Part shown: positions 61,380 through 64,000 of the stretch, in pieces
Numbering within the stretch: position 1 is the stretch's first letter
How the letters are laid out: every line of letters begins with the position of its first letter
From: Oculina patagonica
Taxonomy: Eukaryota
Assembly (NCBI RefSeq): GCF_052425735.1
Contig: NC_135759.1
Span: 44,702,001 to 44,766,000, forward strand
Reading direction: 5' to 3'
Length of the DNA: 64,000 bases
Notes under the pieces: generated by a model
Databases searched by the model: none
Told to the model about the DNA's origin: nothing
Seen by the model: only the letters and a program-made list of their open reading frames with translations
Translations under genes and position numbers: made by a program

Positions 61380-64000
61380 AACTTGATGTGACTTTTTCTT
61401 CGGGCGTCCTGGGAAAAAAAGCGGTCAACAACAAACGCGAAAGATATGAAAACAAGGTAGATACGCCCGAAGACAAAATAAACGCTCCGCTGGAAGTAGA
61501 TGCACCGAACACAGATCGCTAAGGGAGGGAGGGCGGGGCGCGACATTTAAACTGTAGTCGTGGTGTTTTACCGTCGAAAGACCTAGAACTGTGGTGCACG
61601 TTGAAGGGAATGGTTAATATTGCATTGCTACACCAATGGGAGAGAGGCATTCAAATGACTTTGAATAGTCCCACGTCAAAGATTTAATGGCACGGAAACA
61701 ATCCTTGACCTCGATCGATCAATCAATCAATAAAATTTATTTACCCTTAGAGCTGACGTGGGCTGACTAGGACCCTAGCAAAACATATGTTTATATGATC
61801 ATCACAAAATGATCTGATGACATGTGAAATTAAAGCAGCTCAAATTCCCTGGTCGCGATCCATGGGTTTCCTCGCCAACTTTTCTCCCGCACTGCTTTGT
61901 AAACTTCCATCTACCTCCAAACTTCAAACTCAATCGATTTTGAATTACAATTTTTTTTGGTTTAAAAGCATTGTCAAGACTATACTGACAAAACATTAAA
62001 TCGGAATTTAAATTGATATTCTTGACAAGCTCTTTTGAATCCAGTCCAATTTTTGGCTTATGCGCATGCGCCAAAGTACACTTTTGTACATTTCTTCGTG
62101 AAATCCTCATTAAAATCTTCCTGCACTGTGGGCAAGTGATTTTTAAGCAAAGTTAAGGGAAATTCAGGATCGCAGCACCAAAAATTCACGGGGTTACGAG
62201 CCTTCAATCTTTCATAGGCGACCATTGAATACATAAACTTTTGTAGCTTTTTCTGCACCAACAAAGCGCTAAACATTTTTAAGCCGTATCTGAAGCTTTT
62301 TTGAGAAGCTCTTGAAAATTCACCGTTCTCACTTTCTGCATTGTAACATTTTTTGCATTATTTAAGCTTTCGAAAGTTCGACACACACGACCCAGGCAAT
62401 ATTAAAATCAAGGTGATCGCGGCGATGCTTTCTTAGTTGAGTTTCTCTTGTCTATTTAACAAAGTTTAGAAATATTTTCATAGTAGTCCCAGGCTTAACC
62501 CGTATCCAGTATTTATCTTTTCACGAAAAAAACTGTACCAATTAATCGTAGAAATAAAACGTTTGAAGTTTAGATCATTGTCTCTATCAATCGAACCAAC
62601 TGCCAAACTGTTTTTTAAAATCCAATAAACTCTCGAACTCCGTTTAAAAGAGGTTTTTATACAAATGCTTATTTTATAATTCTAAGGGACTGGTCAATAA
62701 GTATAGGGGGTGGGCCGGAGCAGAAAGGGGGTGGGTCATCAGTTTTTGAGCCCTCGAAAAGGGGTGGGTTATGTAATTTTGATCACACGTAGGGGGTGGG
62801 CCATCTTATTTATTAACTAACTTTAAACTTTTATAGTTCCAAGAAAAAAATTTCTCCATGTGAGCATTTTTTAATGAATTTCTAGCGGTTTCAGAAGTCC
62901 CAAATATAAAAATTTCCAGGGGGAGCATGCCTCCTGTCCCCCCTAGATGGCTTGTGATCATAACATCAGGTTTGCCTGTCTCTCTTCAACCTGCATAGAT
63001 TCACGCTGGGCTTTAAGCAGTCTAATACCAGTAAACTCAAACACTTTGCAAAATATGAATGATGGACAGTGGTTGTAGTTTCTGTTATCAATTTCTGTAT
63101 AAAAATTTGAACTCTTCAATAGTTGTTTATGGATTAACATTACATACTGTTTCAGTTTTCGCATATGTTTGTGTCTAAATTTTCCCTTGGACTTTACATA
63201 CAAATATGTAGAAAACTTACAAAAGACTAGCATAAGAAGTGATAAATTCATTCTTCTTTGCTGTGTTATGAAACGGGAAAGACGTACATGGGACAGCAGT
63301 GTCCATCATGGAGAATTAGGGTAGTATATGTAGGGAATTTCACTTAAAAAACTGATGTCAAATCAAAAACCTCCAGCTCCTGACAGATAATAAAGAAATG
63401 ATTGGTTCCTTGATTTTTTAGCAAAGGGGGTGGGTCATGTAATTTTTAACCTCCTATCAGGGGTGGGTCAGTCAGTTTTGAGCCAAAAGGAAGGGGTCGG
63501 TCACAAATTTTCGAGCCACCGCTTTTCCATTGCTTACACACACTGCAGTTAGAACTGTTTAATATCGACATACAAAAATTTCTAAGCATTCATTCCATCA
63601 TTAATGCGCAGTTCACATATATGTCTTTCATATGTTCACTATGTACAACAATACAATACAAATAAAAATGTGCGGGTTGTAGCCAGGCATGTTAAAAATT
63701 CGAATTAATAAGTTGACACTGGCTAAAAATATTGTTTTTGGACGTTTCGGCCATGCTTGCACAAGGATATCGTCGCAGAAAGGAATGGTTTACCCTGCTA
63801 GACGACTGACTGAATGTTGTTATTTACCCGGAGTTGACTTTGTAGCAAGCAGTTAGCAGATTAGCTGTTTACGAGTTCGTGACTATAATGTTTTACTGTG
63901 TTTTTGCGTAACTGAGGGATTTGGTGTAATGGGGACGACAGCCACTCGATTTGTTTAGTGATTACACTCTTACGAGGTCACTTGGCGCAAATCGCCCTCC

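Overview
AT-rich, intron-containing animal DNA. An anthozoan (stony-coral-like) origin is inferred from the gene and repeat content. All genes found are on the minus strand and were assembled by hand from splice sites, because the ORF track misses most exons. (1) A small secreted protein with two ShK (ShKT) domains and Pro-rich micro-exons (2135-8149). (2) A tandem array of three paralogues encoding signal peptide-VWA-TSP1(x1-2)-VWA-Pro-rich micro-exon linker-ShK. Copy 1 (17945-26825) and copy 3 (53017-60768) look complete. Copy 2 (43019-48437) has lost its 5' end, but an interrupted MITE now supplies an in-frame ATG and a signal-peptide-like leader. The rest is mostly transposon-derived: a nearly intact Penelope-like element (PLE) nested in another PLE, several PLE fragments, MITEs, Crypton-like non-autonomous elements and tRNA-derived SINE-like repeats. 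About 11 hammerhead ribozyme motifs are visible (6 with intact cores). One is a canonical-looking type I hammerhead carried by a 304-bp insertion with a target-site duplication, lying in the sense orientation inside an intron of copy 1.
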